A program made the position numbers and the translations under genes. Below are positions 56,428 through 64,000 of a stretch of DNA of 64,000 nt, piece by piece. The notes below the pieces were generated by a model, which was given only the letters and a program-made list of their open reading frames with translations, was not told the origin of the DNA and did not search any database. Where the stretch lies: NCBI RefSeq assembly GCF_030013595.1, contig NZ_CP122768.1; one strand, 5' to 3'. The stretch's first letter is position 1, and each line of letters starts with the position of its first letter. The DNA is from Escherichia coli. Lineage in GTDB: Bacteria > Pseudomonadota > Gammaproteobacteria > Enterobacterales > Enterobacteriaceae.

Positions 56428-57648
56428 ATGACACCAGGCGGACAAGCTCAGATAGGTAATGTTGATCTCGTAAAACAGCTTAACAGCGCGGCGGTTTATC
56501 GCCTGATTGACCAGTATGGGCCAATCTCGCGGATTCAGATTGCCGAGCAAAGCCAGCTTGCCCCCGCCAGCGTAACCAAAATTACGCGTCAGCTTATCGA
56601 ACGCGGGCTGATTAAAGAAGTTGATCAGCAGGCCTCCACCGGGGGCCGCCGCGCTATCTCTATCGTCACCGAAACCCGCAATTTCCACGCAATCGGCGTA
56701 CGGCTTGGTCGTCACGACGCCACCATCACCCTGTTTGATCTCAGCAGCAAAGTGCTGGCAGAAGAACATTACCCGTTGCCGGAACGTACCCAGCAGACGC
56801 TGGAACATGCCCTGCTGAATGCCATTGCTCAGTTTATTGATAGCTACCAGCGCAAGCTGCGCGAGCTGATCGCCATTTCCGTGATCCTGCCGGGGCTTGT
56901 TGACCCGGACAGCGGCAAAATTCATTACATGCCGCATATTCAGGTGGAAAACTGGGGGCTTGTAGAAGCACTGGAAGAGCGTTTTAAAGTGACCTGTTTT
57001 GTCGGCCACGATATCCGCAGTCTGGCGCTGGCGGAGCACTACTTCGGTGCAAGTCAGGATTGCGAAGACTCCATTTTAGTGCGTGTCCATCGCGGAACCG
57101 GGGCCGGGATTATCTCTAACGGGCGCATTTTTATTGGCCGCAACGGCAACGTCGGTGAAATTGGCCATATCCAGGTCGAACCTCTGGGTGAACGCTGCCA
57201 CTGTGGCAACTTTGGCTGCCTGGAAACTATCGCCGCCAACGCTGCCATTGAACAACGGGTGTTGAATCTGTTAAAGCAGGGCTACCAGAGCCGTGTGCCA
57301 CTGGACGACTGCACCATCAAAACTATCTGCAAAGCCGCGAACAAAGGCGATAGCCTGGCGTCGGAAGTGATTGAGTATGTCGGTCGTCATCTGGGCAAAA
57401 CCATCGCCATTGCTATCAACTTATTTAATCCGCAAAAAATTGTTATTGCCGGTGAGATCACCGAAGCCGATAAAGTGCTGCTCCCTGCTATTGAAAGCTG
57501 CATTAATACCCAGGCGCTGAAGGCGTTTCGTACTAATCTGCCGGTGGTACGTTCTGAGCTGGATCACCGCTCGGCAATCGGCGCTTTTGCGCTGGTAAAA
57601 CGCGCCATGCTCAACGGTATTTTGCTCCAGCATTTGCTGGAAAATTAA
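56428..57648 (+). CDS. nagC: N-acetylglucosamine repressor (ROK family)
   Basis: ORF track 406 aa MTPGGQAQIGNVDLVKQLNSAAVYRLIDQYGPISRIQIAE... Confidence 0.97.
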   Translation: MTPGGQAQIGNVDLVKQLNSAAVYRLIDQYGPISRIQIAEQSQLAPASVTKITRQLIERGLIKEVDQQASTGGRRAISIVTETRNFHAIGVRLGRHDATITLFDLSSKVLAEEHYPLPERTQQTLEHALLNAIAQFIDSYQRKLRELIAISVILPGLVDPDSGKIHYMPHIQVENWGLVEALEERFKVTCFVGHDIRSLALAEHYFGASQDCEDSILVRVHRGTGAGIISNGRIFIGRNGNVGEIGHIQVEPLGERCHCGNFGCLETIAANAAIEQRVLNLLKQGYQSRVPLDDCTIKTICKAANKGDSLASEVIEYVGRHLGKTIAIAINLFNPQKIVIAGEITEADKVLLPAIESCINTQALKAFRTNLPVVRSELDHRSAIGAFALVKRAMLNGILLQHLLEN

Positions 57649-57695
57649 TGTGCTTTTATAGTGGCGCTTATTGTTGTCAATATTCTGGGTAGTCC

Positions 57696-58448
57696 ATGAC
57701 CATTAAAAATGTAATTTGCGATATCGACGGCGTGCTGATGCACGATAACGTCGCCGTACCGGGTGCAGCGGAATTTTTGCACGGGATTATGGATAAAGGC
57801 CTGCCGCTGGTGTTGCTGACCAACTATCCTTCGCAGACCGGGCAAGATCTGGCGAACCGCTTTGCCACTGCCGGTGTCGATGTACCTGACAGCGTGTTTT
57901 ATACCTCTGCGATGGCGACCGCCGATTTCCTGCGTCGCCAGGAAGGCAAGAAAGCATATGTGGTGGGCGAAGGCGCACTGATTCATGAACTGTACAAAGC
58001 CGGTTTCACTATTACCGATGTGAACCCTGATTTTGTGATTGTTGGCGAAACGCGTTCCTACAACTGGGACATGATGCATAAAGCAGCCTATTTCGTCGCT
58101 AACGGTGCACGCTTTATCGCCACCAACCCGGACACCCACGGGCGCGGTTTTTATCCGGCCTGTGGCGCGCTATGCGCGGGGATCGAAAAAATCTCCGGAC
58201 GTAAACCGTTCTATGTTGGTAAGCCGAGTCCGTGGATCATCCGCGCAGCATTAAACAAAATGCAGGCGCATTCGGAAGAAACGGTGATTGTCGGCGATAA
58301 CCTGCGTACCGATATTCTGGCGGGCTTCCAGGCCGGTCTGGAGACGATTCTGGTACTCTCCGGTGTTTCGTCGCTCGACGATATCGACAGTATGCCATTC
58401 CGCCCCAGCTGGATTTACCCATCGGTCGCCGAAATCGACGTTATCTGA
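57696..58448 (+). CDS. nagD: UMP phosphatase (HAD family)
   Basis: ORF track 250 aa MTIKNVICDIDGVLMHDN... with DxDGV HAD motif. Confidence 0.95.
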   Translation: MTIKNVICDIDGVLMHDNVAVPGAAEFLHGIMDKGLPLVLLTNYPSQTGQDLANRFATAGVDVPDSVFYTSAMATADFLRRQEGKKAYVVGEGALIHELYKAGFTITDVNPDFVIVGETRSYNWDMMHKAAYFVANGARFIATNPDTHGRGFYPACGALCAGIEKISGRKPFYVGKPSPWIIRAALNKMQAHSEETVIVGDNLRTDILAGFQAGLETILVLSGVSSLDDIDSMPFRPSWIYPSVAEIDVI

Positions 58449-58453
58449 ATAGC

Positions 58454-58485
58454 AACCACGCCTCAGGGCGTGGTTTCTTATTTTT
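58454..58485 (+). terminator. rho-independent terminator after nagD
   Basis: AACCACGCC-TCAG-GGCGTGGTT stem followed by a T-rich run. Confidence 0.65.
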
Positions 58486-58704
58486 ACCCATCATTAAAAT
58501 TCACCCATTCAATAAAACCCGCCAAAAATTATCGATTCATCAATAAATACACCTCCACACCCTACCCTTTTTCATTAATCAGCAATCACCATTACGTTTT
58601 TTATTTTCACCCTGCCAAATCGCTTGCGCACAGTGCTGCTTTGCGGCATTTTTTTAAACAAGCAAACACAACAAGCAACAAATACCAGGTTAACGGAGAA
58701 GGTT

Positions 58705-60369
58705 ATGTGTTCAATTTTTGGCGTATTCGATATCAAAACAGACGCAGTTGAGCTGCGTAAGAAAGCACTCGAGCTGTCACGCCTGATGCGTCATCGTGGC
58801 CCGGACTGGTCCGGTATTTATGCCAGCGATAACGCCATTCTCGCCCACGAACGTCTGTCCATTGTTGACGTTAACGCGGGGGCGCAACCTCTCTACAACC
58901 AACAAAAAACCCACGTGCTGGCAGTAAACGGTGAAATCTACAACCACCAGGCATTGCGCGCTGAATATGGCGATCGTTACCAGTTCCAGACCGGGTCTGA
59001 CTGTGAAGTGATCCTCGCGCTGTATCAAGAAAAAGGGCCGGAATTTCTCGACGACTTGCAGGGCATGTTTGCTTTTGCCCTGTACGACAGCGAAAAAGAT
59101 GCATACCTGATTGGCCGCGACCATCTGGGGATCATCCCACTGTATATGGGCTATGACGAACATGGTCAGCTGTATGTGGCCTCAGAAATGAAAGCCCTGG
59201 TGCCGGTATGCCGCACGATTAAAGAGTTCCCGGCGGGGAGCTATTTGTGGAGCCAGGACGGCGAAATCCGTTCTTATTATCATCGCAACTGGTTCGACTA
59301 CGATGCGGTGAAAGATAACGTAACCGACAAAAACGAGCTGCGTCAGGCACTGGAAGATTCCGTTAAAAGCCATCTGATGTCTGACGTTCCTTACGGTGTG
59401 CTGCTTTCCGGTGGTCTGGATTCCTCAATTATTTCCGCGATCACCAAGAAATACGCCGCCCGTCGCGTGGAAGATCAGGAACGTTCTGAAGCCTGGTGGC
59501 CGCAATTACACTCCTTTGCTGTAGGTCTGCCGGGTTCACCGGATCTGAAAGCAGCCCAGGAAGTGGCAAACCATCTGGGCACGGTGCATCACGAAATTCA
59601 CTTCACTGTACAGGAAGGTCTGGATGCCATCCGCGACGTGATTTACCACATCGAAACTTATGATGTGACCACTATTCGCGCTTCAACACCGATGTATTTA
59701 ATGTCGCGTAAGATCAAGGCGATGGGCATTAAAATGGTGCTGTCCGGTGAAGGTTCTGATGAAGTGTTTGGCGGTTATCTTTACTTCCACAAAGCACCGA
59801 ATGCCAAAGAACTGCATGAAGAGACGGTGCGTAAACTGCTGGCCCTGCATATGTATGACTGCGCGCGTGCCAACAAAGCGATGTCAGCCTGGGGCGTGGA
59901 AGCACGCGTTCCGTTCCTCGACAAAAAATTCCTTGATGTAGCGATGCGTATTAACCCACAGGATAAAATGTGCGGTAACGGCAAAATGGAAAAACACATC
60001 CTGCGTGAATGTTTTGAAGCGTATCTGCCCGCAAGTGTGGCCTGGCGGCAGAAAGAGCAGTTCTCCGATGGCGTCGGTTACAGTTGGATCGACACCCTGA
60101 AAGAAGTAGCGGCACAGCAGGTTTCTGATCAACAGCTGGAAACTGCCCGCTTCCGCTTCCCGTACAACACGCCGACGTCCAAAGAAGCGTATCTGTACCG
60201 GGAGATCTTTGAAGAACTGTTCCCGCTTCCGAGCGCCGCTGAGTGCGTGCCGGGCGGCCCTTCCGTCGCGTGTTCTTCCGCTAAAGCGATCGAGTGGGAT
60301 GAGGCGTTCAAGAAAATGGACGATCCGTCTGGTCGTGCGGTTGGCGTTCACCAGTCGGCGTATAAATAA
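58705..60369 (+). CDS. asnB: asparagine synthetase B (glutamine-hydrolysing)
   Basis: Within ORF 58624..60369; start at MCSIFGVFDIK (ATG 58705, GGAGAAGG RBS), 554 aa, N-terminal Cys nucleophile. Confidence 0.97.
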   Translation: MCSIFGVFDIKTDAVELRKKALELSRLMRHRGPDWSGIYASDNAILAHERLSIVDVNAGAQPLYNQQKTHVLAVNGEIYNHQALRAEYGDRYQFQTGSDCEVILALYQEKGPEFLDDLQGMFAFALYDSEKDAYLIGRDHLGIIPLYMGYDEHGQLYVASEMKALVPVCRTIKEFPAGSYLWSQDGEIRSYYHRNWFDYDAVKDNVTDKNELRQALEDSVKSHLMSDVPYGVLLSGGLDSSIISAITKKYAARRVEDQERSEAWWPQLHSFAVGLPGSPDLKAAQEVANHLGTVHHEIHFTVQEGLDAIRDVIYHIETYDVTTIRASTPMYLMSRKIKAMGIKMVLSGEGSDEVFGGYLYFHKAPNAKELHEETVRKLLALHMYDCARANKAMSAWGVEARVPFLDKKFLDVAMRINPQDKMCGNGKMEKHILRECFEAYLPASVAWRQKEQFSDGVGYSWIDTLKEVAAQQVSDQQLETARFRFPYNTPTSKEAYLYREIFEELFPLPSAAECVPGGPSVACSSAKAIEWDEAFKKMDDPSGRAVGVHQSAYK

Positions 60370-60380
60370 GACGTATAATA

Positions 60381-60408
60381 TTGCCCCGGAGAAATCCGGG
60401 GCAATTTC
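60381..60408 (+). terminator. hairpin after asnB
   Basis: TTGCCCCGG-AGAAAT-CCGGGGCAA followed by TTT. Confidence 0.5.
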
Positions 60409-60680
60409 AGTTACTGGGGCGCTTGTTGATTCTGATATGCAGTAAGGAAATGTTCCGGGTTTGCCACATCACTGTTTGACAACTCATCACTGTAGGCCAG
60501 TATTTCATTGATTAATTTCCCACCACTATTGTTGAATTCCGAATTTCATCCTGTATGACAAAAGAATGGCTGTAGGGTGGGGAAAAAACACAAAGTAAAC
60601 AATAATTGACGAATATAGCGCCACGCTGTTCGCAACCTAACCAAACAGTCACTTTCGAGCAATTTTCCTTGAAAAAGAGG

Positions 60681-60709
60681 TTGACGCTGCAAGGCTCTAT
60701 ACGCATAAT
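60681..60709 (+). promoter_or_regulatory. sigma70 promoter of the tRNA operon
   Basis: TTGACG, 17-bp spacer, CATAAT, then GC-rich discriminator GCGCCCCGC (stringent-control-like), about 40 bp upstream of metT. Confidence 0.55.
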
Positions 60710-60749
60710 GCGCCCCGCAACGCCGATAAGGTATCGCGAAAAAAAAGAT

Positions 60750-60826
60750 GGCTACGTAGCTCAGTTGGTTAGAGCACATCACTCATAATGATGGGGTCAC
60801 AGGTTCGAATCCCGTCGTAGCCACCA
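60750..60826 (+). tRNA. metT: tRNA-Met (elongator, anticodon CAU)
   Basis: 77-nt cloverleaf GGCTACGTAGCTCAGTTGGTTAGAGC...ending CCA; anticodon loop CTCATAA. Confidence 0.95.
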
Positions 60827-60835
60827 TCTTTTTTT

Positions 60836-60920
60836 GCGGGAGTGGCGAAATTGGTAGACGCACCAGATTTAGGTTCTGGCGCCGCAAGGTGTGCGAGTTC
60901 AAGTCTCGCCTCCCGCACCA
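60836..60920 (+). tRNA. leuW: tRNA-Leu (anticodon UAG), long variable arm
   Basis: 85 nt GCGGGAGTGGCGAAATTGGTAGACGC...CTCCCGCACCA; anticodon loop TTTAGGT. Confidence 0.93.
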
Positions 60921-60943
60921 TTCACCAGAAAGCGTTGTACGGA

Positions 60944-61018
60944 TGGGGTATCGCCAAGCGGTAAGGCACCGGTTTTTGATACCGGCATTCCCTGGTTCGA
61001 ATCCAGGTACCCCAGCCA
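60944..61018 (+). tRNA. glnU: tRNA-Gln (anticodon UUG)
   Basis: 75 nt TGGGGTATCGCCAAGCGGTAAGGCACCGG-TTTTTGATA-CCGG...; anticodon TTG. Confidence 0.95.
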
Positions 61019-61052
61019 TCTTCTTCGAGTAAGCGGTTCACCGCCCGGTTAT

Positions 61053-61127
61053 TGGGGTATCGCCAAGCGGTAAGGCACCGGTTTTTGATACCGGCATTCC
61101 CTGGTTCGAATCCAGGTACCCCAGCCA
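61053..61127 (+). tRNA. glnW: tRNA-Gln (anticodon UUG)
   Basis: Identical sequence to glnU. Confidence 0.95.
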
Positions 61128-61142
61128 TCGAAGAAACAATCT

Positions 61143-61219
61143 GGCTACGTAGCTCAGTTGGTTAGAGCACATCACTCATAATGATGGGGTCACAGGTTCG
61201 AATCCCGTCGTAGCCACCA
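61143..61219 (+). tRNA. metU: tRNA-Met (elongator, anticodon CAU)
   Basis: Identical sequence to metT. Confidence 0.95.
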
Positions 61220-61267
61220 AATTCTGAATGTGTCGAATAAGTTCGGCAAATTCACAAACCAATTTGT

Positions 61268-61342
61268 TGGGGTATCGCCAAGCGGTAAGGCACCGGATTC
61301 TGATTCCGGCATTCCGAGGTTCGAATCCTCGTACCCCAGCCA
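61268..61342 (+). tRNA. glnV: tRNA-Gln (anticodon CUG)
   Basis: 75 nt; anticodon stem-loop CCGGA-TTCTGAT-TCCGG. Confidence 0.93.
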
Positions 61343-61379
61343 ATTTATTCAAGACGCTTACCTTGTAAGTGCACCCAGT

Positions 61380-61454
61380 TGGGGTATCGCCAAGCGGTAA
61401 GGCACCGGATTCTAATTCCGGCATTCCGAGGTTCGAATCCTCGTACCCCAGCCA
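61380..61454 (+). tRNA. glnX: tRNA-Gln with anticodon CUA (amber-suppressor allele, supE-type)
   Basis: Identical to the tRNA at 61268..61342 except a single G to A change in the anticodon (TTCTAAT versus TTCTGAT); glnX name assigned by position next to ubiF. Confidence 0.9.
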
Positions 61455-61460
61455 CATTAA

Positions 61461-61490
61461 AAAAGCTCGCTTCGGCGAGCTTTTTGCTTT
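61461..61490 (+). terminator. rho-independent terminator of the tRNA operon
   Basis: AAAAGCTCGC-TTCG-GCGAGCTTTTT. Confidence 0.7.
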
Positions 61491-61499
61491 TCTGCGTTC

Positions 61500-61600
61500 A
61501 TTCAATGTCGAATGCGATGTTGACACGTCTTATCCTTCAATGTCGGATGCGACGCTGCCGCGTCTTATCCGACCTACGGTTGGCACGCATCCGGCAATGT
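61500..61600. repeat. tandem REP-like palindromic units (BIME-like)
   Basis: Two related units ATGTCGAATGCGATGTTGACACGTCTTATCC and ATGTCGGATGCGACGCTGCCGCGTCTTATCCGACCTACGG between the tRNA terminator and ubiF 3' end. Confidence 0.5.
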
Positions 61601-61607
61601 TGTAAGG

Positions 61608-62783
61608 CTACAACCCTAACGCATATTTCAGCGCCTGACGTTTCAACACGCCAGCACGCTCCGCCGCCATCAAACCAAGATTACGCACAAAACGCAGCGG
61701 CGGCAGATTATTACTGAATCCGGCATAAAACAGATCCATACCGCTCTGCATAATGAAGTTATCCGCCATGCGCCGCATCTGGTAACGCTTGAGGACAGGA
61801 TAACTGGCCCACGCTTCGCCGTAGCTGCGGGCATTCACCAGAACATCAATCAGGGCATCGACATCACGATAACCAAGATTCACCCCCTGCCCCGCCAGCG
61901 GATGGATGGTATGCGCGGCATCGCCCACCAGCGCAAGCCCCGGCTGCACATACTGCAACGCATGGCGACGCGTCAGCGGAAACGCACCAGCGGCAAGCGG
62001 TGTCACGTAACCCAGACGCGACGGGAAATGCTTCGCGATTTCCGCCTGGAGCTGTGCCATATTCATATTCTGCAACTGGCGAATGCGCGCCGGAGAGTCA
62101 TACCACACCAGCGATGCCCAGTTATCAAACAACGGCAGAAACGCACGCGGTCCGTCCGGGGTAAATTGCTGCCAGGTGCTGTCGCCGGGATCGTTCTCAC
62201 ACTGTACGCTAATCAACATACACGACTGTGCATACTGCCAGGCATGAACGCCAATTCCCGCCATCTGCCGCACCTGCGAATTTGCGCCGTCGGCACCAAT
62301 CACCAGCTTCGCGCGGATCGTTTCACCGCCCTTCAGTTCCAGCTCCTGAAGATCATTATGGCGATGCAGCGCAATCAGCGAGCCTGGCACACGTAACGTT
62401 ACTTTCGGATGCGCTTCCAGCGCCTGCCACAGCGCCTGTTGCAGGACAGTGTTTTCCACCATGTAGCCAAGCAACGGTAGCTTAAGTTCAGCGGCGTCAA
62501 ACACCACATGCGCCGTTTCCCACTCCCACGTTTCCAGTCTGCGGTAAGGATGGCAACGCATAGCCTGTACTGCATCCCAGACCCCTAACCCTTTAAGCAA
62601 TGATACCGAAGCCGCACTAATCGCCGAGATCCGCACGTCCGGCTGGCTGTCAGCGACAAACGGTGCAGGTTGGGCATGTTCGATAACCATTACCGAAAAT
62701 CCGTGCTGAGCCAGTCCCAGCGCCAGTGCGCCGCCGACCATTCCTCCGCCGACAATGGCAATTTCCGTTGGTTGATTTGTCAT
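61608..62783 (-). CDS. ubiF: 3-demethoxyubiquinol 3-hydroxylase (FAD-dependent monooxygenase)
   Basis: Within ORF 61608..62789; start at MTNQPTEIAIVGGGMVGGALA (ATG 62781-62783), 391 aa. Confidence 0.95.
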   Translation of the reverse strand: MTNQPTEIAIVGGGMVGGALALGLAQHGFSVMVIEHAQPAPFVADSQPDVRISAISAASVSLLKGLGVWDAVQAMRCHPYRRLETWEWETAHVVFDAAELKLPLLGYMVENTVLQQALWQALEAHPKVTLRVPGSLIALHRHNDLQELELKGGETIRAKLVIGADGANSQVRQMAGIGVHAWQYAQSCMLISVQCENDPGDSTWQQFTPDGPRAFLPLFDNWASLVWYDSPARIRQLQNMNMAQLQAEIAKHFPSRLGYVTPLAAGAFPLTRRHALQYVQPGLALVGDAAHTIHPLAGQGVNLGYRDVDALIDVLVNARSYGEAWASYPVLKRYQMRRMADNFIMQSGMDLFYAGFSNNLPPLRFVRNLGLMAAERAGVLKRQALKYALGL

Positions 62784-62928
62784 GGTCAATCATCCTGTTA
62801 GCAATATGCTTTAAGTTTACAGGATTTTTACCCCCAAGGGCTGATAACGCTCATACTGGTCACAACGGCAGCAAAGCATTACACTATGCGCCCTGCATTC
62901 CTAGCTACTATTTCGCAAGAGCAAGTCG

Positions 62929-64000
62929 ATGACCAAAAAACTCCATATTAAAACCTGGGGCTGTCAGATGAACGAGTACGATTCATCGAAGATGGCCGAT
63001 CTGCTGGATGCCACCCACGGCTATCAACTGACCGACGTGGCGGAAGAAGCGGATGTGCTGCTGCTGAACACCTGCTCAATCCGCGAGAAGGCTCAGGAAA
63101 AAGTCTTCCATCAGTTGGGTCGCTGGAAACTGTTAAAAGAGAAGAATCCAGACCTGATTATCGGCGTCGGCGGCTGCGTGGCATCGCAAGAAGGCGAGCA
63201 CATTCGCCAGCGCGCCCACTATGTCGATATTATTTTTGGGCCGCAAACGCTGCACCGTCTGCCGGAGATGATCAACTCCGTGCGCGGCGACCGCAGCCCG
63301 GTTGTAGATATCAGCTTCCCGGAAATCGAGAAGTTTGACCGTCTGCCGGAACCGCGTGCCGAAGGGCCGACCGCGTTTGTCTCCATCATGGAAGGCTGCA
63401 ATAAATATTGCACCTACTGCGTAGTGCCTTACACCCGTGGTGAAGAGGTAAGCCGTCCGTCCGACGATATTCTGTTTGAGATCGCCCAGCTTGCGGCTCA
63501 GGGCGTGCGTGAAGTTAACCTGCTCGGTCAGAACGTGAACGCTTGGCGTGGTGAAAACTACGACGGCACCACCGGATCGTTTGCCGATCTGCTGCGTCTG
63601 GTTGCTGCGATCGACGGGATCGATCGTATTCGCTTTACCACCAGCCATCCGATCGAATTCACCGACGATATTATCGAAGTGTACCGCGACACGCCGGAGC
63701 TGGTGAGCTTCCTGCATCTGCCGGTACAGAGCGGTTCCGATCGCATTCTGAACCTGATGGGACGTACCCATACAGCGCTGGAGTACAAAGCGATCATCCG
63801 TAAACTGCGTGCGGCGCGTCCGGATATTCAGATCAGTTCTGACTTCATCGTTGGCTTCCCTGGCGAAACCACCGAAGACTTCGAGAAAACGATGAAGCTG
63901 ATTGCCGACGTCAATTTCGACATGAGCTACAGCTTTATCTTCTCTGCACGTCCGGGTACGCCAGCCGCCGATATGGTTGATGATGTTCCGGAAGAAGAGA
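62929..64000 (+). CDS. miaB: tRNA-2-methylthio-N6-dimethylallyladenosine synthase, N-terminal part; runs off the window end
   Basis: Hand translation from ATG 62929: [28 protein letters not shown]...; radical-SAM CxxxCxxC (CNKYCTYC) present; not in ORF track because no stop in window. Confidence 0.93.

Noticed and set aside
58624-58704. N-terminal extension of asnB (ORF track start at 58624)
   Set aside because: AsnB must begin with the Met-Cys nucleophile (MCSIFGV...) at 58705, which also has a good RBS.
60720-61500. Integrase or genomic island attached to the tRNA cluster
   Set aside because: tRNA genes are common integration sites, but the operon is immediately flanked by asnB and ubiF with only a terminator and REP units; no integrase or direct repeat of a tRNA 3' end was seen.
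63133-63771. 212-aa minus-strand ORF
   Set aside because: Antisense within miaB, whose plus-strand frame gives a recognisable radical-SAM protein.

Overview
This 64-kb window is an Escherichia coli chromosomal segment, in inverted orientation relative to the conventional K-12 map. It runs sucB(partial)-sucA, sdhCDAB, gltA, the ybgD-ybgQ-ybgP-ybgO chaperone-usher fimbrial operon, abrB, nei, pxpBCA (ybgJKL), ybgI, dtpD, phr, ybgA, an Rhs element, ybfA, kdpFABCDE, speFL-speF-potE, pgm, seqA, ybfF, ybfE, fldA, uof-fur, chiQ/chiP, glnS, nagE/nagBACD, asnB, a seven-gene tRNA operon (metT-leuW-glnU-glnW-metU-glnV-glnX), ubiF and the start of miaB. All gene identities rest on recognising the translated ORFs from memory; no database search was run. 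Most of the window is ordinary core genome. The accessory content is concentrated at 22.8-29.3 kb: a 1550-aa Rhs polymorphic toxin whose N-terminus carries a prePAAR motif and hydrophobic segments (T6SS-effector-like, unlike canonical K-12 RhsC), with an AT-rich C-terminal toxin tip that I cannot assign to a family, a translationally coupled candidate immunity gene, a possible truncated chaperone remnant upstream and a SymE-like toxin gene downstream. Two further points stand out: a 1057-bp IS903-family element with perfect 9-bp target duplications splits the chitoporin gene chiP, and the last tRNA-Gln gene has anticodon CUA (amber-suppressor, supE-type) while its neighbour keeps CUG. No CRISPR array, prophage or integrase was seen.
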